Below, in pieces: positions 56,177 to 64,000 of a stretch of DNA of 64,000 nucleotides. Every line of letters starts with the position of its first letter. Positions within the stretch are counted from its first letter, which is position 1. A program made the position numbers and the translations under genes. Source of the DNA: an uncultured Acidobacteriota bacterium (GTDB lineage Bacteria; Acidobacteriota; Vicinamibacteria; Vicinamibacterales; JAKQTR01); contig CAWICP010000003.1 in the NCBI GenBank assembly GCA_963834645.1, positions 7,435 to 71,434 on the forward strand, in the 5' to 3' direction. The notes beneath the pieces are model-generated. The model saw only the letters and a list, made by a program, of their open reading frames with translations. It did not search any database and had not been told where the DNA came from.

Positions 56177-56300
56177 GGGGACATCGTACTGGGGCTAGGG
56201 ACTAGGGGCTAGGGGCTAGTCGAGCGGCGCCGCTCCAGGAGCTGACGCCTGGCGACGAGCCGGTCCGACTAGCGTCCAGCGCCGAGTCCCCAGCCCCTGA
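56161..56300. repeat. G-tract block, four GGGGCTA heptamers and a degenerate inverted copy (imperfect long palindrome)
   Basis: GGGTTGGGCGGGGCATGGGG spans 56161-56180. The heptamers GGGGCTA GGGACTA GGGGCTA GGGGCTA span 56191-56218. The reverse complement of 56266-56297 matches 56191-56222 at 26 of 32 positions without gaps. The central 14-nt palindrome GAGCGGCGCCGCTC lies at 56222-56235. Confidence 0.75.
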
Positions 56301-56313
56301 TAAGATCCGCCCG

Positions 56314-56775
56314 ATGGCGTCACGAAAAAGCGCGGACCGTCCCAAGTGCGCACTGTGCGGGTCCAAGGACATCTCCGAACCCCGCGGCGACGAGCGCTAC
56401 TGCCGGGACTGCTGGGACAAGAAGATCGCCGTCGAGGAAATCGTCGCCAAGGAATTCGTCCTGAAGCGGTACATCCGCGCACAGAGCGCCGAGAAGTACC
56501 TGATCTATCACTCGACGCTCAAGCGCCCCTGCGGGCAGCTGATCGTCATCGACGACGGCTACGACCTGTTCCTCACGCTGTCGCTCTATCCGACCTTCTC
56601 GTGGGACGACCCGGCGTATCACCTCGAAAGCGACCCCGAGCTGCGGACCTTCGCCGAAATCATGGTGGATGTCATCGTCACGGAGGTCATCGAGCCCTGG
56701 GGCGGGGGCAAGTGGCACCTCGAGGTGCACCGGTCGGCGACGCCGGACCCCGAAGAGTGGAATGGTGAGGTATAA
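56314..56775 (+). CDS. hypothetical protein with an N-terminal CxxC...CxxC zinc ribbon
   Basis: The product starts MASRKSADRPKCALCGSKDISEPRGDERYCRDCWDKK and continues with a non-repetitive domain rich in Lys, Ile, Tyr and Phe. It has lower G+C than its surroundings. I recognise no family. Confidence 0.55.
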   Translation: MASRKSADRPKCALCGSKDISEPRGDERYCRDCWDKKIAVEEIVAKEFVLKRYIRAQSAEKYLIYHSTLKRPCGQLIVIDDGYDLFLTLSLYPTFSWDDPAYHLESDPELRTFAEIMVDVIVTEVIEPWGGGKWHLEVHRSATPDPEEWNGEV

Positions 56776-56827
56776 TCCTGCCGGTTATTGCGGACCTGCA
56801 TGGTCTTAACGGCCCCCTGGAGGGTGT

Positions 56828-57241
56828 ATGACGCGCCTAGTCAAGGTTGTGCTGACCATTATTGCAATCGTAGGGATTGGTGCCGCTTCACTCCCGGCAC
56901 AGACGAAGGTGGCCACGCCGATCCGCGGCGACGCCGAGATCGGGTATTTGAGGCCGGTGACCGCCGTCGACCACAAGGCCGGCATCGTCCGGACGACCAT
57001 CAAGGTGAAGAACCTCTCCACCACCGGGTCGATTGCCGGACTGAAGGTCGAGGAGTTCTGGTTCGACAAGGCCGGCAACCCGGTGACCGGATCGAGGGCC
57101 CGCCTGCAGAAGCCGCTGCAGCCAGGGGAGACGGCCGAGATGAAGCTCGAGACGCCCCGGGACCCGAAGATGGACCGGAACAGCTACACCTTCTCGCATG
57201 CGAACGGGAAGATCCGGACCAAACTGCTGAAGCAGTTCTAG
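56828..57241 (+). CDS. small secreted beta-rich protein (hypothetical)
   Basis: GGAGGG precedes ATG 56828. The signal peptide is MTRLVKVVLTIIAIVGIGAASLPAQ. The 5' end has lower G+C, at about 50% over the first 60 nt counted by hand. Confidence 0.6.
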   Translation: MTRLVKVVLTIIAIVGIGAASLPAQTKVATPIRGDAEIGYLRPVTAVDHKAGIVRTTIKVKNLSTTGSIAGLKVEEFWFDKAGNPVTGSRARLQKPLQPGETAEMKLETPRDPKMDRNSYTFSHANGKIRTKLLKQF

Positions 57242-57265
57242 GCGGGCGGGTCCTCTCGAAGCGTC

Positions 57266-57292
57266 GCGCCGGCCCATCGCGCGGGCCGGCGC
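57266..57292. terminator. stem-loop between convergent genes
   Basis: GCGCCGGCCC-atcgcgc-GGGCCGGCGC forms a 10-bp perfect stem. Confidence 0.6.
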
Positions 57293-57308
57293 GCCTCTCA
57301 CGTACTGT

Positions 57309-59502
57309 TCAGCGCACAATCCGAATCTGCACGTCGCGCGACACCGGGGGCAACTTGCCCAGGCTGGACTTCGCCTCGATCGTGAGCACGTACAGGCCCT
57401 GCCGCCAGATCCTTCAGCGGGATCCTGGTCGTGTAGCCATACCCGCCCCTGGCGCCGCCGAGTTCCTTGCTCGATCGCGTTTCCGCGTTGGTGAACACCT
57501 GCACGCGGCCCTCCGCCTTGAGTGTCGCGGTGATGTCGACCGAGTGCGACTGCGCCCCCTGGTTGTCGTAGATTTCGGCGAGCACCGCCAGTTCGTCGGA
57601 CGAGGAAAACGTCCGGGCGGTCGTCGGCGGACCGGGCAGCGCGTCGCCGAGGTCGGGGATGGCGCCGGCGGTGGGAACGCCGCCAGCGGCCGCCGAGGTC
57701 ACGACGATGCCGCTGAGGCTGAGCGGCGCTTTCGCGAAGTCCGGCACGACAAGGTCGTAGTGGACCGACCCGATCGTCCCGCCGCTCGTGCGCGCCGCCA
57801 CGCGAAGCTGGTAGGTGCCCGGCGGGAGTTCGGTCCGCGTGATCACGCGGAATCCCGACTGCAGGACGCGCCGGTGGGTCTCGGGCTTCAGCGACAGATC
57901 GACGAAGTCCCGCTTGCCGTCGGTCACCTTGCCCTGTTTGTCGATGGCCACGTACGACATCTCGATCCTGTCGGTGAACTTGCCGTCCTTCTCCACGAAC
58001 GCGAACTGGCTTCCCGTGAACTGGGTCACGATGCCGATGGCCGCCTTCGACGCCGGCCCCTTCAGCGGGACGGTGAACACACTCATCTTGAGCGCGGATT
58101 CCTGGAGCGGGCTGTTGAGCGCTTCCCGCAGCTCCTTCGACGTGCCCGCGCTCGCCCCGACGGACTTGTCGGCCGCGGCCTTCCCGCGAGGCGCCGCGTA
58201 GCCCTTGCGGGCGTTGACGTCCAGCCCGGGCCGGGCCAGCCTGACCTCGATCTTGCGGTAGCGCCCGTCGCGTTTCTCGTTGGTCGAGTAGTACCCGAGC
58301 ACGTAGTAGGTGCTGTTCGCGTCGACGATGCGCTGGAACGCGGTGGAGAAGTCGTTGCTCGACACCGAGGCGAAGCCGCCCGTCTCCTCCGAGACCCCGC
58401 GAAGCGTGTCCTGCGACATGCGCAGCTCGTCCTGGAGCGCGAACATGCCGAGGCCCAGCGCCTCCGCGTCGGTCGGGAGCCCCGAGATCTGCATGGCCTC
58501 ATCTCCGGGGAAGTAGAGCCCCCGGGGATCGATCGCGTAGATGCTGACATTCGCCCGCGTGGCGGCGGCGATGACGTCGCGCATCTCGCTCACCAGCAAC
58601 GATCCGTCGCCGCGGCTCAGCACGTTCACGCCGTTCACCGACGTGCCGGCGGGCCCCGCGTTGTCCCAGATGTTGTAGTCGATGCCCTCGCTGACGAACA
58701 CCAGGGCCTTGCGCCGGCCGCGGACGCCGGCGAGCCATTCCGACAGGTTCGTGAGCGTCGAGAGCATCGTCCGGGCGTTGTGCATCCGCTCGGCCTGCTC
58801 GGCGTCGGCGATGGTCGGCGCCTGGGCCCCGCCGCGGGTCAGGTTGTAGCTGTCGATCTTGTTCAGCGTCGGCGAGCGCAGCTTGCGCCCCATGAACGTG
58901 TCGACGGCCTTCGTGAGCAGTCGCCGGCTGCTGGTGAAATCCTGCGACCCGTCGGACCGGCCGCTCGTGTGCAGGACGGCCGCCAGGTCGTTCGCGCCCA
59001 GGTTGCGTTCGATGAACTGCCGCGCCGCCTGGCGCACGCGGACCGATCGCGTCGGGTGGGTGTGGATGTCGTCGAGGAGCAGCACGTACAGCCGCCCCTC
59101 GGGCGCGCTGGCGTTCGACCTCACGTCCGGCTCGATGTCCCCGGGCAGGAACAGCGCGCGCTCGGAGCGCTCGACGGGGATGTCGACGAGCGAAAACGCC
59201 GTCACCTTCTGCGGGACACCGTCCTCGAGCACCTGGAACTCGTCCGGGCGAAGGTCGCGGACGAAGTTCCCCCGTGCATCGCGGACCACGGCGTCGACCT
59301 CGACGTAGTTCACCTCGGAACGGAAGGTGATCGGCGGCATCTGGGGGTCCGGCTGCTGCGGGGCCGCGGGCGGAGCCGGCGGCGGCGCCTGCTGGCCGGC
59401 GAGCGCGACGGAGCAGAGCACGAGAGCAAGGGCGAGGAAACGGCTTCGGTACACAGTGACTCTCTTCAGCGAGGGGCGGGAGGCAGGACCCGGCCCTTCC
59501 AT
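57309..59502 (-). CDS. VWA domain protein of the Acidobacterial VWFA-related type (TIGR03436-like); frameshift about 28 codons before the stop
   Basis: It has PITFRSEVNYVEVDAVVRDARGNFVRDLRPDEFQVLEDGVPQKVTAFS, then a VWA core (LYVLLLDDIHT). The native C-terminus LYVLTIEAKSSLGKLPPVSRDVQIRIVR reads in the adjacent frame to the stop at 57309-57311. Confidence 0.8.
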
Positions 59503-59552
59503 AGCGACTCAAGACAGGCTCGGCGCTGGCGGCGGCTCTCTTGATTATAGGG

Positions 59553-61445
59553 CTATTTCACCGCCACTTCCCTGCGGTCGACCCCTCCCCGCGTGGAGGC
59601 GACGGCCACGGTCGCGGCTCCCGCGCCCTTCACCTGCCACGTCACGGTCTTCGACTCGCCGGGTTTCAGCCAGCCGATGTCGATCGCGGGCCTCTGGGCT
59701 TTCCCGTCGGCGGTCTTCACGAGCTCCTGCCCGGATCCGAGGCGGATGGTGCAGGAGTCCGGCCGGACGATCTTCACGCGCTTGGCGATGTCGAGCGCCG
59801 TCGGGATCAGGCCTTCGTTGGTCACGACGGCCTTCACCTCGAACACGCCGGCGCCCGCTGCCGACGGGCTCACCGTCACCGAGGCGATCTTCACCTGGGC
59901 GAGCTGCTGCGCGAGGTAGAGGTTGAACATCGCCTCGTTCCGGGCCCAGGTCTCGATCATGTCGGGCGGCGGGTTCTGGCCCCAGAACTTGGGGTTGAGG
60001 CCGCCAATCTCCACGTCGCCGAGCTGCGGGTGCTTGAACGGCGTCCACGGCTGGAAATCGCCCTTGCCGGGGCGGTTCTCGTCGAGCCACCTGAGGGTCT
60101 CGGCTTCGTCGACGCGGCCGTCCTTGTCGTAGTCGGTGAAGCGGCCGCCGTTCCAGATTTCGTCGCCGTACCAGATGACGCCGTAGTACGAGTAGCCGAA
60201 GTCGGGCCCGTGGCCGAAGATGGGCGAGTCGCGGGGCGGCTCTCCGGTCGATCGGGTTCCCGCCGCCGCGCGTCGCGTAGACGTGGTAGGTGTCGCCGGC
60301 CCAGGGGTAGCCGGTGATCTCCATCCCTTTCTTGTCGAACTTCGCCGCAAGCGCGGCGTCCTCCGGGTACATGCCGTCCTCGGACGAGGCCGTCGACGGG
60401 CCGCGCAGGATCATCGGCACCGACGTGTCGAGCGACTGGGCCAGGCCCACGTTCGGGTGCGTCATCAGGAACAGGAAGACCGCCCGGGTCTCGGGCTCGG
60501 ACAGCGGGAACTCGCCGGCCCCGCCCTGCGCGTAGCCGCGGCCGGTCGCCTCGCTCATCGGCCGCCAGTTCTCGGGATAGTTGCGGTGCAGGTCGAGCCC
60601 GCCGATGCCGTCCTCGTTGTAACGGCCGTCGAGGTCGTTGTCCACGCCCTCCGGAAACGTCTCGTAGTCGCCCTGCCCCTGCGGCACCCGCCGCATGGCC
60701 CGTCCCTGCGGGTCCTTCGGGTCCTTTGACGCGTTCCCCTTGCCCGGCCCCACGTAGCGGCGCATCTGGCGGATGAACCCGTCGCCGTCGAGGTCCTCGC
60801 CCGCGTCCTCGTCGAGCAGGCCGTCGCCGTCGGTGTCGAACGGCCGACGGTGCTGCGCAGCGTCTGGGCCGTCAGGTGGTACAGCGTGTTGCCGTCCGGG
60901 TTGTTGTTCGGCCGCACGTAGAGGGCCTTCGAGTCGACCAGCGCCGTCAGCGCCGGGTCGGTGCCGTAGCCCGAGAGCACGTGATGGACGAAGTAGAGGG
61001 AGGCCTCGATGCCGCTGATCTCTCCCGAGTGACGGCCGCCCTCGAGGAAGAACGCGGGTTTGTCGGTGTCCTTGCCGGTCTTCTTGTTCGTGATCGTCAT
61101 CTGCCAGATCTCCCGCCCCTCGAAAGACTGGCCCGCCGAGTACAGGTCGACGAGATCCGGGTACTTCGCCGCCCACATCTTCAGCAGCGAAGCCGTCTCC
61201 TCGTACGAATGGTAGTGCTTGAAGTCGACCTCGCCGGCCTTCACGGGCTTGAGTTGGGCGTAGTCAACCTTCGGGAAGACCGAGACGCCGTCACGAACGC
61301 CGGCAACGCGATGGACGGGTGCGACCCTGGCGGGCGGCCCTCCCCGGCCCTCCCGTCTGCCCTCCTGGGCCGTCAACAACGCCCCACCGACCCCGAGCAC
61401 GAACAGCACGGTCACCACGCGACTGCGACGGACATCCCTGGACAT
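59553..61445 (-). pseudogene. M14 family zinc carboxypeptidase, secreted, two frameshifts
   Basis: The first frame has HSYEETASLLKMWAAKYPDLV..GREIWQMTITN..FFLEGGRHSGEISG (HxxE zinc site)..VRPNNNPDG. The second has DTDGDGLLDED..GGLDLHRNYP..GEFPLSEPET. The third has FGYSYYGVIWYGDEIWN... Confidence 0.8.
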
Positions 61446-61657
61446 GAAGGCCTCCACATGGGCGGCCCTGGAACCCGTTCCCGAACGGCACGCAGGTCCC
61501 GAGGCCGGGCCGGAAAAACCCGAAAGGCGTCATCGGCGTCAAAGTACAGGAGTGTACGCCTGGCGCGTATACTAATAAATTGGTGGCCAGTCTGGAAGGT
61601 CGGCCGCGCCCCGGCGGGCCCGCACGACGCCGGCCCGTCCCGTGTTGGAGGAAAGCA

Positions 61658-63180
61658 ATGTCCAGCCGTAAGACCACGTTGTTCTACGCCGTGCTCATCG
61701 CCGTGGCGTCTCTCGCCGTGGGCATGGTGCTCGCGTCGCGTCTCGACCTCTCGCCGCGCTCCGAGGCCGTCACGCTGACCCCCCAGGTCGGCGCGAGCGG
61801 CCCGATCACGGGGACCATCGACGCCCAGACATTCCGCACCATCGCGAAGAACGTGACACCCACCGTCGTCAACATCCGGACGACGTCGAAGCGCCGGGCG
61901 CAGGACATGTCGGAGTTCTTCGGCGGGCAGGACAATCCGCTCGAGCGCTTCTTCGGCATGCCCCAGCCGCGGGGACGCCAGCCGCGTGAAGAAGTCACCC
62001 AGGCCGCAGGCACGGGGTTCGTCATCAGCAAGGACGGCTACATCCTCACGAACAACCACGTCGTCGAGGGCGCCACGAAGATCGAGATCGCGCTCTTCGG
62101 CGGCGAGGACGGCGAGGTCTACGAGGCCAAGATCGTCGGCCGCGACCAGCTGACCGACAGCGCCCTCATCAAGCTGACCCAGCTGCCCGCGGCGCCGCTC
62201 CAGGAAGCCAAGCTGGGCGATTCCTCGCAGATGGCGCCCGGCGACTGGGTGATGGCCATCGGCAATCCCTTCGGCCTCGCCCACACGATCAGCGTCGGCG
62301 TGGTCAGCGCGATCGGGCGGCCGATGGCGATGGCCGAGGGCAGGTACGAGGACGTCATCCAGACGGACGCGGCCATCAACCCCGGCAATTCCGGCGGGCC
62401 GCTGCTCAATCTCCGGGGCGAAGTCATCGGCGTCAACACCGCCATCTACACGAGCGGCCAGACCGGGACCAACATCGGCATCGGCTTCGCGGTGCCCATC
62501 AACGCGGTCCGCGACATCCTGCCGCAGCTCGAGACGGGCAAGGTCGTGCGCGGGCGCATCGGCGTCGCAGGTGCGCGACGTGCCGCGCGACGCCCTCGCC
62601 GAGTTCGGCCTGAAGGAGCGCAAGGGTGCGCTGGTGTCCATCGTCATCGCCGAACGGCCCCAGCGCGAAGGCCGGCCTCGAGCCCGGCGACGTCATTCTC
62701 GAGTTCAACGGCAAGCCGGTCACGGGCCGCAACGCGCTCGTGCAGATGGTGATGGCGACCAAGCCTGGCACGACGGTCCCGATGAAGGTCCTGCGGGACA
62801 AGGCGGAGAAGAGCCTCTCGGTGACGGTCGAAGAACTCAACCTCGAGACCGAGAGCGGCGGCGGCGGCGAGGAATCGCAGCAGGAAGAAGCCGGAAGCGG
62901 GTTCGGCATCACGCTCGGCCCCCTCGGGGCCGAGATGGCCCGCCGCCTGCGCGTGCCGTCGGGGACGCGCGGCGTCCTGGTCACCGAGGTCGACCCGGTG
63001 TCGGCGGCGGCCCGGGAGGGCGTGCGGCCGGGAGACGTCATCCTGAAGATCAACGGCCAGGCGGTCGAGACCGTCCGCGACGCCAGCCAGGCGCTGCAGG
63101 CGATCAAGCCGGGCGGCGCGGCGCGGATGCTGCTCTGGAAGGGCGGCCAGGAGACGTTCGTGGTCGTGTCGAAGGAGTAG
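61658..63180 (+). pseudogene. htrA: Do/DegP/HtrA-family serine endoprotease with two PDZ domains, two frameshifts near 62565-62650
   Basis: GGAGGAAAG precedes ATG 61658. The catalytic triad contexts are LTNNHVV, DSALIKL and GNSGGPLLN. PDZ segments GLEPGDVILEFNGKPV and GVRPGDVILKINGQAV follow. Confidence 0.88.
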
Positions 63181-63200
63181 CCGCCGCTCACCCGGCCGTG

Positions 63201-64000
63201 ATGGACTCCGCCTGCCGCGCGCTCGTCGTCGAACGCATCCAGCGGCGGGGCCCCATCACGGTGGCCGAGTTCATGGACCTCGCGCTCTACGCGCCCGAGG
63301 TCGGCTATTACGCCCGTGCGGCCCGACGATCGGGCCGCGCGGGCGATTTTTTTACCAGCGTCGATACCGGGCCCGTCTTCGGCGCCCTGCTCGCGGAGCA
63401 CTTCGCGGCGCTCGTGGCGCAGGTCCGGGGCGGGCCGGTGCGATCTCGTCGAGGCGGGCGCCGGCAACGGACGACTGACCCGCGACATCCTCGACGCCGC
63501 GTCCCGGCGCGACCCGGATTTCTATCACGCCATCGCGGCGCACCTGGTCGAACGCAGCGCCCCGGCCCGCGCGGCCCATCGCGTGACGCTCGCCGCGCAC
63601 ACGGACTCGCCTCGCGTACTCCGGCGAGGAGATGCCGGGCCGCATCGACGGCATCGTCTTCGCGAACGAGCTGCTGGACGCGTTCCCCGTCCATCTGGTC
63701 GAGATGGGAGATGCCGGCCTCCTCGAGGTCTATGTCGACCTCGAGGCCGGCCGCCTCGTGGACCGGCACCGGACCGCTCTCGGACCCGGCCCTGGCAGGC
63801 TACCTCCGCCACGCCGGCGTGAGCCTCGAGCGCGGGGCGCGGGCGGAGATCAATCTCGCGGCCGTCGACTGGGTCGCCGGCGCCGCCGCGCGCCTGCGCA
63901 GCGGGTTCCTGGTGCTCATCGACTACGGGTACGAGGCGGCGGAACTGTATTCGGCGGCCCGCTCGCAGGGCACCCTGGCGACGTACCATCGGCATCTGGT
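63201..64000 (+). pseudogene. MidA/NDUFAF7-type (DUF185) SAM-dependent methyltransferase, 3' end outside the window, several frameshifts
   Basis: Conserved segments shift between frames: GPITVAEFMDLALYAPEVGYYA, GDFFTSVDTGPVFGALLA, DLVEAGAGNGRLTRDIL, GIVFANELLDAFPVH, and FLVLIDYGY. Confidence 0.7.

Noticed and set aside
56191-56218. Possible CRISPR array or minisatellite
   Set aside because: The repeat unit is only 7 nt with no spacers, so it is not a CRISPR. It is kept as a short tandem repeat / G-quadruplex motif.
56788-59544. 918-aa plus-strand ORF
   Set aside because: It is antisense to the VWFA gene. The translation is Arg/Gly/Asp/His-rich with no motifs. The minus strand carries a recognisable TIGR03436-type protein.
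61545-61573. Promoter upstream of htrA (TATACT at 61568-61573) and possible ECF-sigma GGAAC box near 61474
   Set aside because: The -10 hexamer is good, but the -35 region (TACAGG) is poor. The GGAAC...spacer...GTC/CGT arrangement for an ECF sigma does not fit standard spacing, so support is too weak to report as a feature.
1-64000. Mobile elements, prophage or defence islands (transposase, integrase, restriction-modification, toxin-antitoxin, Cas)
   Set aside because: No ORF shows DDE, tyrosine or serine recombinase motifs, Cas motifs or restriction-enzyme motifs. The only defence-flavoured element is the TIR-like domain, reported separately. The 83-bp duplication has no terminal inverted repeats.

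Overview
High-GC bacterial chromosomal segment (about two-thirds to 70% G+C by eye), gene-dense on both strands. I found no rRNA, tRNA, CRISPR array, transposase or integrase. The content suggests an Acidobacteriota-type genome: a TIGR03436-style VWFA protein, many secreted peptidases, PQQ-like beta-propellers and a TonB receptor with a CarboxypepD_reg N-terminus.

Gene blocks in order:
- ggt 3' end
- TRAP-like permease operon ending in an AstE/AspA-type amidohydrolase
- two PQQ-like propellers
- pheA divergent from ilvD-ilvB-ilvN-ilvC
- secreted repeat protein, TIR-like/TM/DUF4384 protein, HExxH peptidase and Ddl-type ATP-grasp ligase
- S46 peptidase
- large BNR/sortilin-like protein
- sugar-acid locus: SDR, LarA-like, gnd, PfkB kinase, broken secreted enzyme, galU, glucuronokinase-like GHMP kinase, uxaC, GntR regulator
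- hemerythrin, Dcp, CBM9-like protein, RRM RNA-binding protein, methyltransferase, TonB receptor
- aminotransferase, udk, YpfJ-type peptidase, SRPBCC, Fe-ADH, MBL hydrolase, udp, aat
- DmpA-type peptidase, glycosylasparaginase, glgP, VOC, two orphan genes, VWFA protein, M14 carboxypeptidase, HtrA, MidA-like methyltransferase

Main caveat: at least about 50 frameshifts interrupt otherwise well-conserved housekeeping genes. ilvB alone changes frame about 15 times, while several 1-2 kb genes are clean. I read this as clustered assembly or sequencing indels rather than gene decay. I give full-length spans and label internally broken genes as pseudogene as assembled.

Most interesting candidates:
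- a LarA-type putative mannonate/gluconate epimerase next to gnd inside a hexuronate locus, suggesting a UxuA-independent route
- a shared GGTCAGACCA operator candidate
- a TLR-like TIR/TM/DUF4384 protein followed by a translationally coupled peptidase/ATP-grasp pair
- two small repeat families: a REP-like palindrome with a conserved mismatch, and GGGGCTA heptamer/G-quadruplex arrays
- an 83-bp imperfect tandem duplication that breaks a gene
- a 13-codon Ile/Val uORF just upstream of ilvD
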